A DNA stretch of 64,000 nt from Candidatus Hydrogenedentota bacterium (GTDB lineage: Bacteria > Hydrogenedentota > Hydrogenedentia > Hydrogenedentales > CAITNO01). The stretch is taken from assembly GCA_903893795.1 (NCBI GenBank), contig CAITNO010000061.1, positions 640 through 64,639 of the forward strand, read 5' to 3'. This document shows positions 30,338-40,426 of this stretch, in pieces. The position numbers and the translations under genes were made by a program. Position 1 is the first letter of the stretch; every line of letters starts with the position of its first letter. The notes beneath the pieces were generated by a model, which made no database searches, was not told the DNA's origin, and saw only the letters and a program-made list of their open reading frames with translations.

Positions 30338-32013
30338 ACACTTGCGTGGATGTGCGCTGCCGCGCCCGAGGAAGAACCTGGCTTCAGGCCGGGGCGTTGG
30401 TGCTGGTCGGCGTGCTGGCGGTGTCCTGCAAGTCTGGAAAGGACTATGCGCGCCCCGAGCTGAATGCGCCTGCGGGATTCAAGAGCGCAACGGACAAGGA
30501 TGCGGTCCAGCCGGGACTGAACCTGGATTGGTGGAGGCTCTTTAATGATTCGGAACTCAGTGCGCTTGCCGAGAAGGCTTTGGCAGCCAATCAGGACTTG
30601 AAAGCGGCGATGGCCCGCGTCGCCGGGGCGCGCGCATCCGCGGCCTCCGTGAGAAGCCAGTTCTTCCCGGTGGTCACCATGAACCCCTCGATGATCCGTT
30701 CGCGTAAACCAGGCGTCGCTGCAACGAAAACGTCCGAGGCGGCGAAGCTGTCGGAGGCGACAGCGCTTGTCAATGGTGTGTCGAAATTTGTGGGACAAAC
30801 GGGCGCACTGTTGAACGGCACGAGCACAGGAACAACGACCGGGTCGACCACCGGTTCAACCACCGGCAGCAGTACGCAGACCGCGAATGCCGCGACCGGC
30901 GGCACAACGAGCACGCTCACGCAGATTCCTTTCGACCTTTCCTACGAAATCGATTTCTGGGGACGTGTTAGCCGGTCCTACGAGGCCGCCAAGGCCCAGA
31001 CCCGGGCCTCCCTGTGCGATTTGGAGGTAGTGCGCCAAACCTTGCTGGCCGATGTCGCGCAGGACTATTTCAATCTGCGCGCCTTCGATGCCCAGTCCGC
31101 GATACTGGACCGCAATCTGGCCCTGTACCAGGAGCAGGTGGACCTTACAGAACAGCAGTTCAAGGCCGGTCTGGTCAACGAGACGAATGTTTATCAGGCA
31201 AAGGTGCAGATAGAATCGACGAAAGTTCAGATTGGGGAGTTGCGCAGGCAGCGGGCCGACCTGGAACACGCTCTGGCCATCCTGCTGGGAAAGGCGCCCG
31301 CGGAGTTTTCGTTGAAGGAGCATCCCCTCGACGCCGCCCCGATTGCCGTTCCAGCGGGACTGCCATCGGACCTGCTCAAGCGCCGGCCCGATGTGGCCGA
31401 GGCGGAACAGAATCTTGCCGCTGCCTGTGCGCAGGTGGGTGTGGCCGAGGCCAACTTCTTTCCCGTGGTCAAGCTGACGGGGGTGGCCGGTTTCCAGACC
31501 ACCGACACCCAGCACATCCTGGACTGGCAGAGCAGGATTCTCTCGCTGGGACCAAGCGTGTCGCTCCCGATTTTCCAGGGCGGCCAACTGAAGGCGGGAC
31601 TGCGTCAGGCCAAGGCGCGTTACGAGGAATTGGAGGCGAACTACCGCAATGCCGTGCTTGGGGCCTACTACGATGTGGAGAATGCTCTTACCGACCTGCA
31701 CGCACGGTCCGATGAGGCCGGGGCGCAGGAAAAAGCCGTGGAAGCGGCGCACCAGTATTTGCAGCTCACCCACGACCAATACCGGAATGGAATGGTGAAC
31801 TACCTTCAGGTAATCAACGCGGAACAGACTTCGCTCTCCAGCGAGTTATCGGCCGTGCAGATTCTTAACGGGCGGATGGTCTCGTCCGTCCTGCTGATCA
31901 AGGCGCTCGGCGGCGGGTGGGAGACGGCACCTCCCGCATCGGACCAGCCCCTTGAGATGGTTCCAGGAAGCGCCTCCGCCTTGCGCACGGCGGATAACGG
32001 CGGAAAGGAATGA
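30334..32013 (+). CDS. Efflux outer-membrane factor lipoprotein, NodT family
   Basis: ATG 30334 overlaps the mdtC stop. Signal peptide with lipobox LAVSC. Typical OMF repeats (…DWWRLFND..L..L…NQDL…). The ORF track start 30073 lies inside mdtC and was rejected. Confidence 0.85.
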   Translation: MNTCVDVRCRARGRTWLQAGALVLVGVLAVSCKSGKDYARPELNAPAGFKSATDKDAVQPGLNLDWWRLFNDSELSALAEKALAANQDLKAAMARVAGARASAASVRSQFFPVVTMNPSMIRSRKPGVAATKTSEAAKLSEATALVNGVSKFVGQTGALLNGTSTGTTTGSTTGSTTGSSTQTANAATGGTTSTLTQIPFDLSYEIDFWGRVSRSYEAAKAQTRASLCDLEVVRQTLLADVAQDYFNLRAFDAQSAILDRNLALYQEQVDLTEQQFKAGLVNETNVYQAKVQIESTKVQIGELRRQRADLEHALAILLGKAPAEFSLKEHPLDAAPIAVPAGLPSDLLKRRPDVAEAEQNLAAACAQVGVAEANFFPVVKLTGVAGFQTTDTQHILDWQSRILSLGPSVSLPIFQGGQLKAGLRQAKARYEELEANYRNAVLGAYYDVENALTDLHARSDEAGAQEKAVEAAHQYLQLTHDQYRNGMVNYLQVINAEQTSLSSELSAVQILNGRMVSSVLLIKALGGGWETAPPASDQPLEMVPGSASALRTADNGGKE

Positions 32014-32018
32014 CAGGC

Positions 32019-32186
32019 ATGCGGCATCTTAGAAATGTGTCGGCGGGAAGGCCGGCTATCGCCAGTGACGATATTGCAACCATCACCGCTGTGGTTGCAC
32101 TGGCAACTGCCATTGTGGGCCTGCTGGGGCAAATCAGCAGCGTTTTTGGCATCAGTTTCAGCCTGACTTCCAAGAGCGGGGCCTGA
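32019..32186 (+). CDS. Candidate 55-aa single-pass membrane protein just downstream of the RND operon (below the ORF-track size cutoff)
   Basis: My translation: MRHLRNVSAGRPAIASDDIATITAVVALATAIVGLLGQISSVFGISFSLTSKSGA. ATG is 5 nt after the OMF stop, with AAGGAA upstream. One central hydrophobic helix. Confidence 0.3.
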   Translation: MRHLRNVSAGRPAIASDDIATITAVVALATAIVGLLGQISSVFGISFSLTSKSGA

Positions 32187-32343
32187 GTCAGCGGTCTGTG
32201 GTCTTGCTTGGCGGGTCTTCAATGAATATCCTCGAAGACGTTAACATGCAGCCGCGTTGTGTTTAATGCGAAAATACTTCCCAGTGTGGCGACGATTGTG
32301 GATGTATGGTGGACTTTCAAGTACAAGCGCAAAGGGTTTCTAG

Positions 32344-34914
32344 ATGCGCACATATTGCCTCCTGCTCCTTGTGGTGTGTGCCGGCTGCAGCACCGGCGAC
32401 TTTCTCGACAGAGCCACTGTTGGCCGGAACGATGATGGAAGCTATGTCGTCGCCACCCAGCAAATCATCGACCCTGCCGGGGAATCCATTCTGTTTCCGG
32501 GCCGGCCGGTGGACCTCGCGGTCAGTCCGGACCAATCTTTGCTGGTTGTGAAGAACAGCAATGACCTCGTGTTCGTGGACGTCGCCACACACACCCTGAG
32601 CCAGACACTTACATTGCCCAAGGGTGGCAACAGTGCCTGCGGCATCACCTGGACCCATGATGGGAAAGGTGTCTGGACCTCAGAATCTGGCAGCACCCTG
32701 TATTATGCGCAGATTAATCAGGAGGGTAAGTTTGCCTGGGTGAAAGAGATGGAAATCGGCCTGCCGGGAACCAATGGCGTGGCGGCGCCGGGCGGTTTCT
32801 TTTTGGACGAAGAAAAGGGGCGCATCTGTGTCGCATTGAGCCGAAACAACTCACTGGGTATTATTAATCTCTCAACCAAGGCCCTGGAAAGTGAAATTCC
32901 TGTTGGCATCGCCCCCTATACCGTGCTGTGTCGCGGCTCCAATGCCTATGTGACAAACTGGGGTGGACGGCGCCCCGTCAAGGACGATGTGACGGGCCCT
33001 TCGGGCGGCAGTCGGACCGTGGTCAACCCCAAGACGGGCGTGGCTTCGACGGGGACGGTGTCCGTGGTCGATTTGGATGCCAGGCGCACAGTAAAGGAAA
33101 TTGCGGTGGGCCTTCATCCCTGTGCGATGGTTTTTGCGCCGGACGGGTCGCGGCTTTATGTCGCCAACGCCAACAGTGACACCATTTCCGTCATCGACAC
33201 CGCCACGGATGATTGCGTCACTGCGTTCGATGTGAAGCCCATGAAGGAACTGCCCTTCGGCAGCGCTCCCAACGCGCTTGCGTTGAGTGCCGACGGGAAG
33301 ATGCTCTTCGCGGCGAACGGCGGCAACAACGCCATCGCGGTGATTGACACTGCGCAGGGAAACGTAAAGGGTCTCATTCCCGTCGGATGGTACCCTGGCG
33401 CGGTCACCCTGGCCCACGGCGACCTGCTCTGCGTGGCCAACATCAAAGGGGTGGGCAGCCTTTACGAAAAGGCAAACCAGGCAGAGAAACAAAAGAATAT
33501 GCCGGGCGTGCCGGGCGGTCACAACTCGCACGACCTGCTGGGCTCGGTGACTCTGGTCGCCGTGCCCGGCGATGATGAACTGGCGCGCCTCACCGTCCGG
33601 GTGGGAGTAAACATGCGTCTCCCGATGCTTCACAAGGAACTGCATCTGGCGAATGTGCCCGAGCGCGTTGTGCCTGTCCCCAGTCGTCCGGGTGAGGTTT
33701 CGGTGTTCAAGCACGTCATCTACATCATCAAGGAGAACAGGACCTACGATCAGGTGTTTGGCGACATGCCGGAAGGAAACGGCGAACCCAAGCTGTGCCA
33801 GTTTGGGGAGGAGGCGACGCCGAACCAGCACGCACTGGCGCGGCAGTTTGTGCTGCTGGACAATTTCTACTGCAACGGAGTGCTGAGCGCCGACGGCCAT
33901 CAGTGGTGCAATGAAGGCTATGTGGCGGACTATCTCGAAAAGAGCTTTGGGGGCTTTCCGCGCAGCTATCCTTATGAGGGGGAAGACGCGCTTGCCTTCG
34001 CACCCAACGGGTTTATCTGGGACGGGGTGCTGGCCAAGGGACTGAGCTTCCGCGACTACGGGGAATTCGTCACGGCCAAGATTGAACCGCCCTCCGCCTC
34101 TTGGGGAGATGTCCATCACGATGTGATGACCGGTGGGAGCAATGTGAAGATTCGCGCGACAACGCAACTGCACACTCTTGAACCCTATCTTTGCCCCAGC
34201 TACGTTGGCTTCCCACTCAAGGTGTCCGACACCTACAGAATAGGGGAGTTTATGAAGGAATTTCGCGCATACGAGGCCAAGGGCGAACTGCCCAATTTCA
34301 TCATCATGCTCCTGCCGCAGAATCATACCGCCGGGACCAGGCCCGGCATGCCCACGCCCCGCGCCTGCGTCGCCGACAACGACTATGCCCTCGGGCAGTT
34401 GGTCGATGCGGTCAGCCACAGCCGTTTCTGGCCCGACACCGCCATCTTTGTGGTGGAGGACGACCCCCAGGCAGGGCTCGACCACGTGGATGGGCATCGA
34501 ACGGTGGCGTTGTGCATCAGCCCCAATACCAAGCGTGCATGCGTGGACAGCACCTTCTACAATCAGACGGGCATGCTGCGAACCATGGAGTTGATACTTG
34601 GGCTTGCGCCCCTGAACCAGATCGACATGGCCTCGACACCCATGCTCAACGCGTTTACAGAGAAGGCGGACCTTAGCCCCTACACCGTCCGTCCAAACCG
34701 GATACCGCTGGACGAAATGAACCCGGACCTGAAGTCCCTCGAGGGCAGGCAAAAGTATTGGGCGGAAAGGTCCATACGGCTACCGCTCGATGAGGCCGAT
34801 GAGGCCGATGAGGACACGCTGAACCGGATCCTCTGGCATTCCACGATGGGGTATGGGGTGCCCTATCCCAAGGTGGCACAGGCCAAGCGCGGCGGCGTTG
34901 TGGACAGGGACTGA
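32344..34914 (+). CDS. Lipoprotein fusion: YVTN/YncE-type beta-propeller repeats plus phosphoesterase (PLC/AcpA family, PF04185-like) domain
   Basis: Signal LLLLVVCAGCS. Repeated ...G.R.YVAN...D.ISVID/IAVID propeller blades. HVIYIIKENRTYDQVFGD and VVEDDPQAGLDHVDGHRT are phosphoesterase-family motifs. Confidence 0.8.
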   Translation: MRTYCLLLLVVCAGCSTGDFLDRATVGRNDDGSYVVATQQIIDPAGESILFPGRPVDLAVSPDQSLLVVKNSNDLVFVDVATHTLSQTLTLPKGGNSACGITWTHDGKGVWTSESGSTLYYAQINQEGKFAWVKEMEIGLPGTNGVAAPGGFFLDEEKGRICVALSRNNSLGIINLSTKALESEIPVGIAPYTVLCRGSNAYVTNWGGRRPVKDDVTGPSGGSRTVVNPKTGVASTGTVSVVDLDARRTVKEIAVGLHPCAMVFAPDGSRLYVANANSDTISVIDTATDDCVTAFDVKPMKELPFGSAPNALALSADGKMLFAANGGNNAIAVIDTAQGNVKGLIPVGWYPGAVTLAHGDLLCVANIKGVGSLYEKANQAEKQKNMPGVPGGHNSHDLLGSVTLVAVPGDDELARLTVRVGVNMRLPMLHKELHLANVPERVVPVPSRPGEVSVFKHVIYIIKENRTYDQVFGDMPEGNGEPKLCQFGEEATPNQHALARQFVLLDNFYCNGVLSADGHQWCNEGYVADYLEKSFGGFPRSYPYEGEDALAFAPNGFIWDGVLAKGLSFRDYGEFVTAKIEPPSASWGDVHHDVMTGGSNVKIRATTQLHTLEPYLCPSYVGFPLKVSDTYRIGEFMKEFRAYEAKGELPNFIIMLLPQNHTAGTRPGMPTPRACVADNDYALGQLVDAVSHSRFWPDTAIFVVEDDPQAGLDHVDGHRTVALCISPNTKRACVDSTFYNQTGMLRTMELILGLAPLNQIDMASTPMLNAFTEKADLSPYTVRPNRIPLDEMNPDLKSLEGRQKYWAERSIRLPLDEADEADEDTLNRILWHSTMGYGVPYPKVAQAKRGGVVDRD

Positions 34915-35087
34915 TAAGGCCCTCCCCAGGACGGCGATGATGTGCTTGTGAACCAGGTCGTGGCATTTGTGCGGCAGGTCATGCGCAAGGAATATGGTCG
35001 GGGTGGGCCGCGTCGGCAGGGTTGCCGCGTGTGCTATTCTAAGAACACGGCCGACAGTTCCAAACATTTTCATGGAGATAATCCGCA

Positions 35088-36968
35088 ATGACCTTATCGA
35101 ATATCGCACGCTGCAGTGGCGCGGCAATCGTGCTTTTTGCGGTGTGCGCTGTGGCCTGCCACGGGCAAAGCCCCGCTCCGGTCGGCGGTTACGACGCGCT
35201 TTCCTTCAATTCGCCGTTCTACTGGATTCAGTTGGACAAGGCGGCCCCCTTTGTGCGGTGCCTGTCCGCCGATGGATTGGGAAAGGGCGTGGTGCAGCAC
35301 GATGTAATTCAATGGAAACCCGTCGTTGAAGGAGGAGATTTCGGGTTGCGCAGAGACTCCGACGGGAATGCGGTGATTCACAGAAAGGATGCTTCCAGTG
35401 CGGACGAATGGTTCATTGCCTTTGAGCAGAAACAGTTTTCACTACGCTCCGTTTATGGGAAGGGCAGTTCTGGACAGGGCGTGGGATTTCGTTTTGCCAA
35501 GCAGGAAAACCACGCCACGCTGCTTGGCATGATGGCGGACCGGAACAGGATGAAACTGCCCGCCGTGCTCCACCTGCCCGACATGGGTTCGTTTCAAGTG
35601 GTGGCCGACAAACCGGATGTGGTCGTCGATTACACCGCGAGCCGCAAGGAGGGCGAGCAGTACATCTCCCTAACCCTGCCTGCGGCCACGGAACAGCAGG
35701 GTTCGGTCCGCTACACCTTCACGGCCACGGCCATCTATCCCAAGTTCGACGGCGTGGAGCAGGACAAATACGCCGGTTTTCGGCGCGACTACCTGAACCT
35801 CTTCCAGGTGAATCCTGCGGTTCGGGTCATTGCCAACAACTCGTGCAGCGATGCATGCGCCTTCACGCTCTTTCTTTCGTCCATGCTGGCCCTGAAAACA
35901 CCCCCGCTGGTCGATTCCCTAACGGCACTGGACTTGATCAGAATGTCCATCGAGCGCTACCTGGACGGCATGAAGGCATACGGGCTGGTGGGCTATACGG
36001 CTGGCTATGAAGGCACCACGGCGGTGGGGTGGTCGTCCCCCGTCAATTCACTGGACTCCTATCCCTCGCTGGTCATCACGGCGTGCAACTACGTCAAGGG
36101 GTCCAATGATCTTGAATGGGCGAAGCGCTACTATCCGCAGATTACAGCGTGGATGGATGACCAGATGAAGCGCGATTATGACGGCAATGGGCTGGTGGAG
36201 TATGAACTGAGCGGCAATTCCGGCTCCTGGGACGGCGTTCTGCGCCCAGCCAACTGGTGGGACACCATTGGCTTTGGGCATGAGGATGCGTTCAGCAATG
36301 CGCTCACCTATGAAGCGCTTAACCTGACCGCAATGGTTGCGGCACGGCTGGACAGGAAAGAAGACGCGGAACGCTATGGGCAACTGGCCGGCAAACTGAA
36401 GGACGCTTTCTTTAAGACCTACTACAACCCCGCGACCGGAGTGTTGGCCGGATGGAAGAGCAAAGACGGCAAACTGCACGACTACTATTTCCTGGGCGTG
36501 AACAGCATGGCGGTCTATTACGGCCTGGTGCCTGAGGATAAAGTTGCCGGGATAATGACGGCATTCTGGAACAAGATGCAGGAGGTGGGATTCACGGACT
36601 TTTCCTTGGGCGTTCCCGGCAATCTGGTCTCTGTTAGAAAAGAGGATTACACCCATCCGGTGGCACGCTGGGGCGGCGGTTCCAAAGAGGACGGCAGTGA
36701 CGCATTTCAGCGCTACGAGAACGGCGGGGCCTCTATCAACTGGTCCTACTTCACGCTGAAGGCCTTCAAAAAGGCGGGCCTGGAAGGACCGCTCCGGAGA
36801 ATCACCCACGGCATTCTTGCCGGTATCAATGCAGGAGAATTCCAGGGGACGGGTTCGAATGGCATGACAAAGGACTGGAAAACCTGGAGCGGCGAATGCT
36901 GGGGCTATGAAGGCTATCTTTGCGACGGGTATCTGGCGTTGTTGGCGCTGAATCCGGAAGACCTATAG
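35088..36968 (+). CDS. Secreted putative (alpha/alpha)6-barrel glycoside-hydrolase-like protein
   Basis: Signal peptide. The C-terminal half (…NGLVEYELSGNSGSWDG...WWDTIGFGHEDAFSNALTYEALNLTA...) resembles six-hairpin glycosidases. Family not determined. Confidence 0.45.
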   Translation: MTLSNIARCSGAAIVLFAVCAVACHGQSPAPVGGYDALSFNSPFYWIQLDKAAPFVRCLSADGLGKGVVQHDVIQWKPVVEGGDFGLRRDSDGNAVIHRKDASSADEWFIAFEQKQFSLRSVYGKGSSGQGVGFRFAKQENHATLLGMMADRNRMKLPAVLHLPDMGSFQVVADKPDVVVDYTASRKEGEQYISLTLPAATEQQGSVRYTFTATAIYPKFDGVEQDKYAGFRRDYLNLFQVNPAVRVIANNSCSDACAFTLFLSSMLALKTPPLVDSLTALDLIRMSIERYLDGMKAYGLVGYTAGYEGTTAVGWSSPVNSLDSYPSLVITACNYVKGSNDLEWAKRYYPQITAWMDDQMKRDYDGNGLVEYELSGNSGSWDGVLRPANWWDTIGFGHEDAFSNALTYEALNLTAMVAARLDRKEDAERYGQLAGKLKDAFFKTYYNPATGVLAGWKSKDGKLHDYYFLGVNSMAVYYGLVPEDKVAGIMTAFWNKMQEVGFTDFSLGVPGNLVSVRKEDYTHPVARWGGGSKEDGSDAFQRYENGGASINWSYFTLKAFKKAGLEGPLRRITHGILAGINAGEFQGTGSNGMTKDWKTWSGECWGYEGYLCDGYLALLALNPEDL

Positions 36969-37010
36969 ACTCCAAGAGTGAAGCTCCTATGACGAAGCGC
37001 CTGGAGGCGC

Positions 37011-38474
37011 TCAGCGCCCCGAGACCTTGCCTATTAACAGTGCGTAGAACTGCACGGCCTCCAGGTAGCGCTTCACGGCCACGCGCTCGTTCACACCGTG
37101 CATCATGGACAGGTCTTCATCCTTGAACCAGAACGGCGCAAAACGGTACTGATTCTGCGCCAGACCGGTGTAATGTTTTGAATCGGTGGCGCCGATGTCG
37201 AGTCCGGGAGCGATGGCCACTTCGGGCCAAACCTGCCGGATGCTTTGGGCCAGAGCTGTGAAGGCGGGTGCGGAGGGATCGGAAAGGGGCGACGGTTCAT
37301 CCGCGATAGGCAGGACGGTAAGGGTGACTCGCTCATCGACGGCAGCATCGCGGATACGCTTGACCAGCGCCTGAACGCTGTCTCCGGGCACCACGCGGCA
37401 ATTGACGACCGCCTTGGCCGAGGTGGGCAGGATGTTGTCCTTTTCCCCGGCGTTGAACATTGTGGCCGTCACCGTGGTGCGGAGACCGGCGTTGGTGGAG
37501 GGCATCTTTTCCAGTACGCGGGTGATGAGACCGCTGAACAGCCAGCGGTTCGCGAAGAGTATTCGGTAAGGCAGCCTCATTTCCGGAACGGCCCAGTCAA
37601 ACATGTCGCGCATGGCCCCCTCGAAACGGGCTGGTGCGGGCTTGCGGTTGATGCGCGTCAGTGCCGCCGCGAGAATCTCAATGGAACTCTGCGGAGGCGG
37701 CTGGGATGAGTGTCCGCCTTTCTGCAGAACAGCGAGTTCAATGCTGGCAAAGCCCTTTTCCGCGACACCCACCAGCGCCAGCGGTTGGGTCATGCCCGGC
37801 ACTATCCCGTCCGTGATGACCAGTCCCTCGTCGAAAGTGGCTTCCAGGCGCACGCCCCGTTCCTTGAGCAACGCCGCGATATGCGCCGCACCTTCTGCAC
37901 CGCCCACCTCCTCATCGTGCCCAAAGGCAAGGTAGAGGGTTCGCTTGGGGGCATGGCCCGAAGCTGCCAAAGTTTCAACCGCCTCAAGAACGGCCATAAG
38001 GCTGCCCTTGTCATCCACGGCGCCGCGCCCCCACAACAATCCTCCTTCAACATCGCCGCTGAAGGGCGGACGCGTCCATGCCGCGGCCTCTGCCTCCGCA
38101 GGGACCACATCCAGATGGGCGGCAAAGAGCACCCCCGGAAGGGAGCTGTCCGTGCCGGGCCAGGTGTAGAGCAGGCTGCGCCCATTCACGGTCTCGCACT
38201 GCAAGACTTTGTGCAGCTCCGGGAAACTCTCCCGGATGTGCCGGTGCAGTCCTAGAAAGGCCTCCTGGTCAAATTGGGCGTGGTCGAAGTGTGAAACCGT
38301 CTTGTACTGAAGCGCCTTGGTTAGGCGTGCAACAGCCGCTTCGTCGTTCAGCGCAACCGCCTGATACGGTTCAGACGGAAGTTGCCTTGAATGAAGCGTC
38401 ACGCTTCGGATCAAAAGTACTGCCACAAGCAGGGCCATGAGAAACGGAACAGTGAATATCAGGCGTTTCAACAT
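37011..38474 (-). CDS. M20/M25/M40-family metallopeptidase (carboxypeptidase-like) with N-terminal membrane anchor
   Basis: LFAAHLDVVPA, RGAVDDKGS, LAFGHDEEVGG are M20 metal-ligand motifs. Confidence 0.85.
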   Translation of the reverse strand: MLKRLIFTVPFLMALLVAVLLIRSVTLHSRQLPSEPYQAVALNDEAAVARLTKALQYKTVSHFDHAQFDQEAFLGLHRHIRESFPELHKVLQCETVNGRSLLYTWPGTDSSLPGVLFAAHLDVVPAEAEAAAWTRPPFSGDVEGGLLWGRGAVDDKGSLMAVLEAVETLAASGHAPKRTLYLAFGHDEEVGGAEGAAHIAALLKERGVRLEATFDEGLVITDGIVPGMTQPLALVGVAEKGFASIELAVLQKGGHSSQPPPQSSIEILAAALTRINRKPAPARFEGAMRDMFDWAVPEMRLPYRILFANRWLFSGLITRVLEKMPSTNAGLRTTVTATMFNAGEKDNILPTSAKAVVNCRVVPGDSVQALVKRIRDAAVDERVTLTVLPIADEPSPLSDPSAPAFTALAQSIRQVWPEVAIAPGLDIGATDSKHYTGLAQNQYRFAPFWFKDEDLSMMHGVNERVAVKRYLEAVQFYALLIGKVSGR

Positions 38475-38512
38475 GGATTGAACTCCGCGTTAGTCATGGG
38501 CTTTGAAGTGCT

Positions 38513-40195
38513 TCACGCCGTCTCTGTCTTGGCGGCGATGCTCAGACCGTACTTCTCAACCCCCATTTCGCGGAGTTTGAACTTTTGAATCTTGTTGGAG
38601 ACAGTGAGGGGGAATTCCTCAACAAAAGCCACGTAGTAGGGAATCTTGTAGTGGGCAATGTTGCCTTTGCAAAACGACTTGATTTCTTCGGCCGTCAGCG
38701 ACGGGTCTTTGGCAATGACCCATGCCGAAACCTGCTCGCCGTAGTGGGTGTCCGGCAGGCCCACGATTTGCACATCGTATATCTTGGGATGAGTCAACAA
38801 GAATTCCTCAATCTCGCGGGGATAGATGTTCTCGCCGCCGCGGATGATCATGTCCTTGATGCGCCCGGTGATGCGGTAATGCCCCGAGGGGGTGCGCGTT
38901 GCCAGGTCGCCCGTGCGCAGCCAACCCTCGGGGGTGATGGTCAGCGCGGTGGCGTGGGGATCCTTGTAGTAGCCTAGCATGACCCCGTGCCCCCGGGCCC
39001 ACAGTTCGCCCGGTTCCCCCTCCGTCGCGTCTTCAAGCGTTTCCGGGTCGACGATGCGTACCTCCACGCCCGGCAGTGTGGCGCCGACGGTGCCGACGCG
39101 CACGTCTATGGGGTCGGTCACCTCCGTTTGCGTGATTACCGGGGAAAACTCGGTCAATCCATAGGCGATGGTGAGCTCCGTAAGGTGCATCAACTGGGTG
39201 ACCTGCTTCATCAGTTCGATGGGGCAGGGACTGCCGGCCATGATCCCCGTCCGCAGCGTGCTCAGGTCGTACTCGTCAAAGTTGGGCAGGTTAAGTTCGG
39301 CATTGAACATCGTCGGCACACCGTAAAGGGCCGTGCAGCGCTCCTTCTCGACGGCGACGAGCGCGCTTTGCGGGTCGAAGGATTCCGCCGGGATCACCAT
39401 GGCCGCGCCGCGGATCATGCAGGTCATGGTCGCGAGAACACACCCGAAACAGTGGTAAAACGGCACCGGAATGCACACGCGGTCATCGGCGGTAAAGTGC
39501 TGGCGGCCGCCGATGTGATAGGCGTTCATGAGCAGATTGCGGTGCGAGAGCGTTGCCCCCTTGGGGTTGCCCGTGGTGCCCGAGGTGTATTGGATGTTGG
39601 TCGGTATGTTGAAGCGGACGTTGCCGGCGCGCCCCGCCAACTGGGCGTCATGGACCTGGTGCGCCTGGGAGATGAACTCGCTCCACGGCCAGATGCCTGG
39701 ATAGGCGGGGCTGTTCTTGATGCAGACCACGTGCTCAAGTTCGGGGAAACGTTCATGCCGTGGCTGTTCATCAAAGGGAAGGGTGCCGAGTTCCGGCACC
39801 AGTTCGGCCATCATCTGTTCATAGTTGCTGTGCTTGAAGCTGTCCGTGAGGAGAAGCACCTTGATGTCCGCCACCCGCAGAATGTAGTCCACCTCGTGCA
39901 GGCGGTAGGCGGGGTTCACGTTCACCATCACCGCGCCAATATAGGCGGTGGAGAACTGCGCCAGCAGCCATTCGGGCCAGTTGGTGCTCCAGATGCCCAC
40001 ATGGTCGCCCTGCTGGATGCCCACGGCCATGAGCGCCCGGCCCATGCGTTTCACCCGGTCAAGGAACTCGCTGTAGGTCCACCGCAGCTTCAACTGCGGG
40101 AAAACCACCGCATCGTGGTCCCCGTGGGCGGCAACGGTCCGTTCAAGGACCTCCCCTATGGTAAGACCGTCCACAAAAGGTTTCGCATCCATCAT
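38513..40195 (-). CDS. AMP-dependent synthetase/ligase (acyl-CoA synthetase family)
   Basis: IQYTSGTTGNPKGATLSHRNL (AMP-binding motif I), AYGLTEFSP, TGDLATRTPSGHYRITGRIKD. Start taken at the internal MMDAK methionine; the ORF track start is 40252. Confidence 0.88.
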   Translation of the reverse strand: MMDAKPFVDGLTIGEVLERTVAAHGDHDAVVFPQLKLRWTYSEFLDRVKRMGRALMAVGIQQGDHVGIWSTNWPEWLLAQFSTAYIGAVMVNVNPAYRLHEVDYILRVADIKVLLLTDSFKHSNYEQMMAELVPELGTLPFDEQPRHERFPELEHVVCIKNSPAYPGIWPWSEFISQAHQVHDAQLAGRAGNVRFNIPTNIQYTSGTTGNPKGATLSHRNLLMNAYHIGGRQHFTADDRVCIPVPFYHCFGCVLATMTCMIRGAAMVIPAESFDPQSALVAVEKERCTALYGVPTMFNAELNLPNFDEYDLSTLRTGIMAGSPCPIELMKQVTQLMHLTELTIAYGLTEFSPVITQTEVTDPIDVRVGTVGATLPGVEVRIVDPETLEDATEGEPGELWARGHGVMLGYYKDPHATALTITPEGWLRTGDLATRTPSGHYRITGRIKDMIIRGGENIYPREIEEFLLTHPKIYDVQIVGLPDTHYGEQVSAWVIAKDPSLTAEEIKSFCKGNIAHYKIPYYVAFVEEFPLTVSNKIQKFKLREMGVEKYGLSIAAKTETA

Positions 40196-40426
40196 CACGT
40201 TCCTTTGTTGCGACCAAAGACCGAATTTCACGCAGGACTTCTTGACCCGCAAGTCATGGTAGCAAATGGTAAGGCGTCACTGGAAGCCAGTCAAACTGTG
40301 TCCGTTGCTGCCTGAATTTTCATATCCGTCTGGGCTCGCATATAATGGCCCGGGCCGAAGCATGGCCGTCGATTTCATTGAGGCGGGCATGGGGCGTTTA
40401 GGAGAACGGTTATGAAGGCAGACAGC

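Noticed and set aside
32872-34752. 626-aa minus-strand ORF, the longest antisense ORF in the window.
   Set aside because: It lies entirely antisense to the beta-propeller/phosphoesterase gene, whose forward frame has clear domain signatures. The antisense translation is Arg/His/Gly-rich and featureless.
38987-40315. 442-aa plus-strand ORF opposite the acyl-CoA synthetase gene. The same situation occurs at 41775-43046, 57086-58192, 60934-61779 and 61991-62797.
   Set aside because: The opposite strand carries unmistakable family motifs (AMP-binding, CarboxypepD_reg repeats, DegT, beta-helix). These ORFs are shadow frames.
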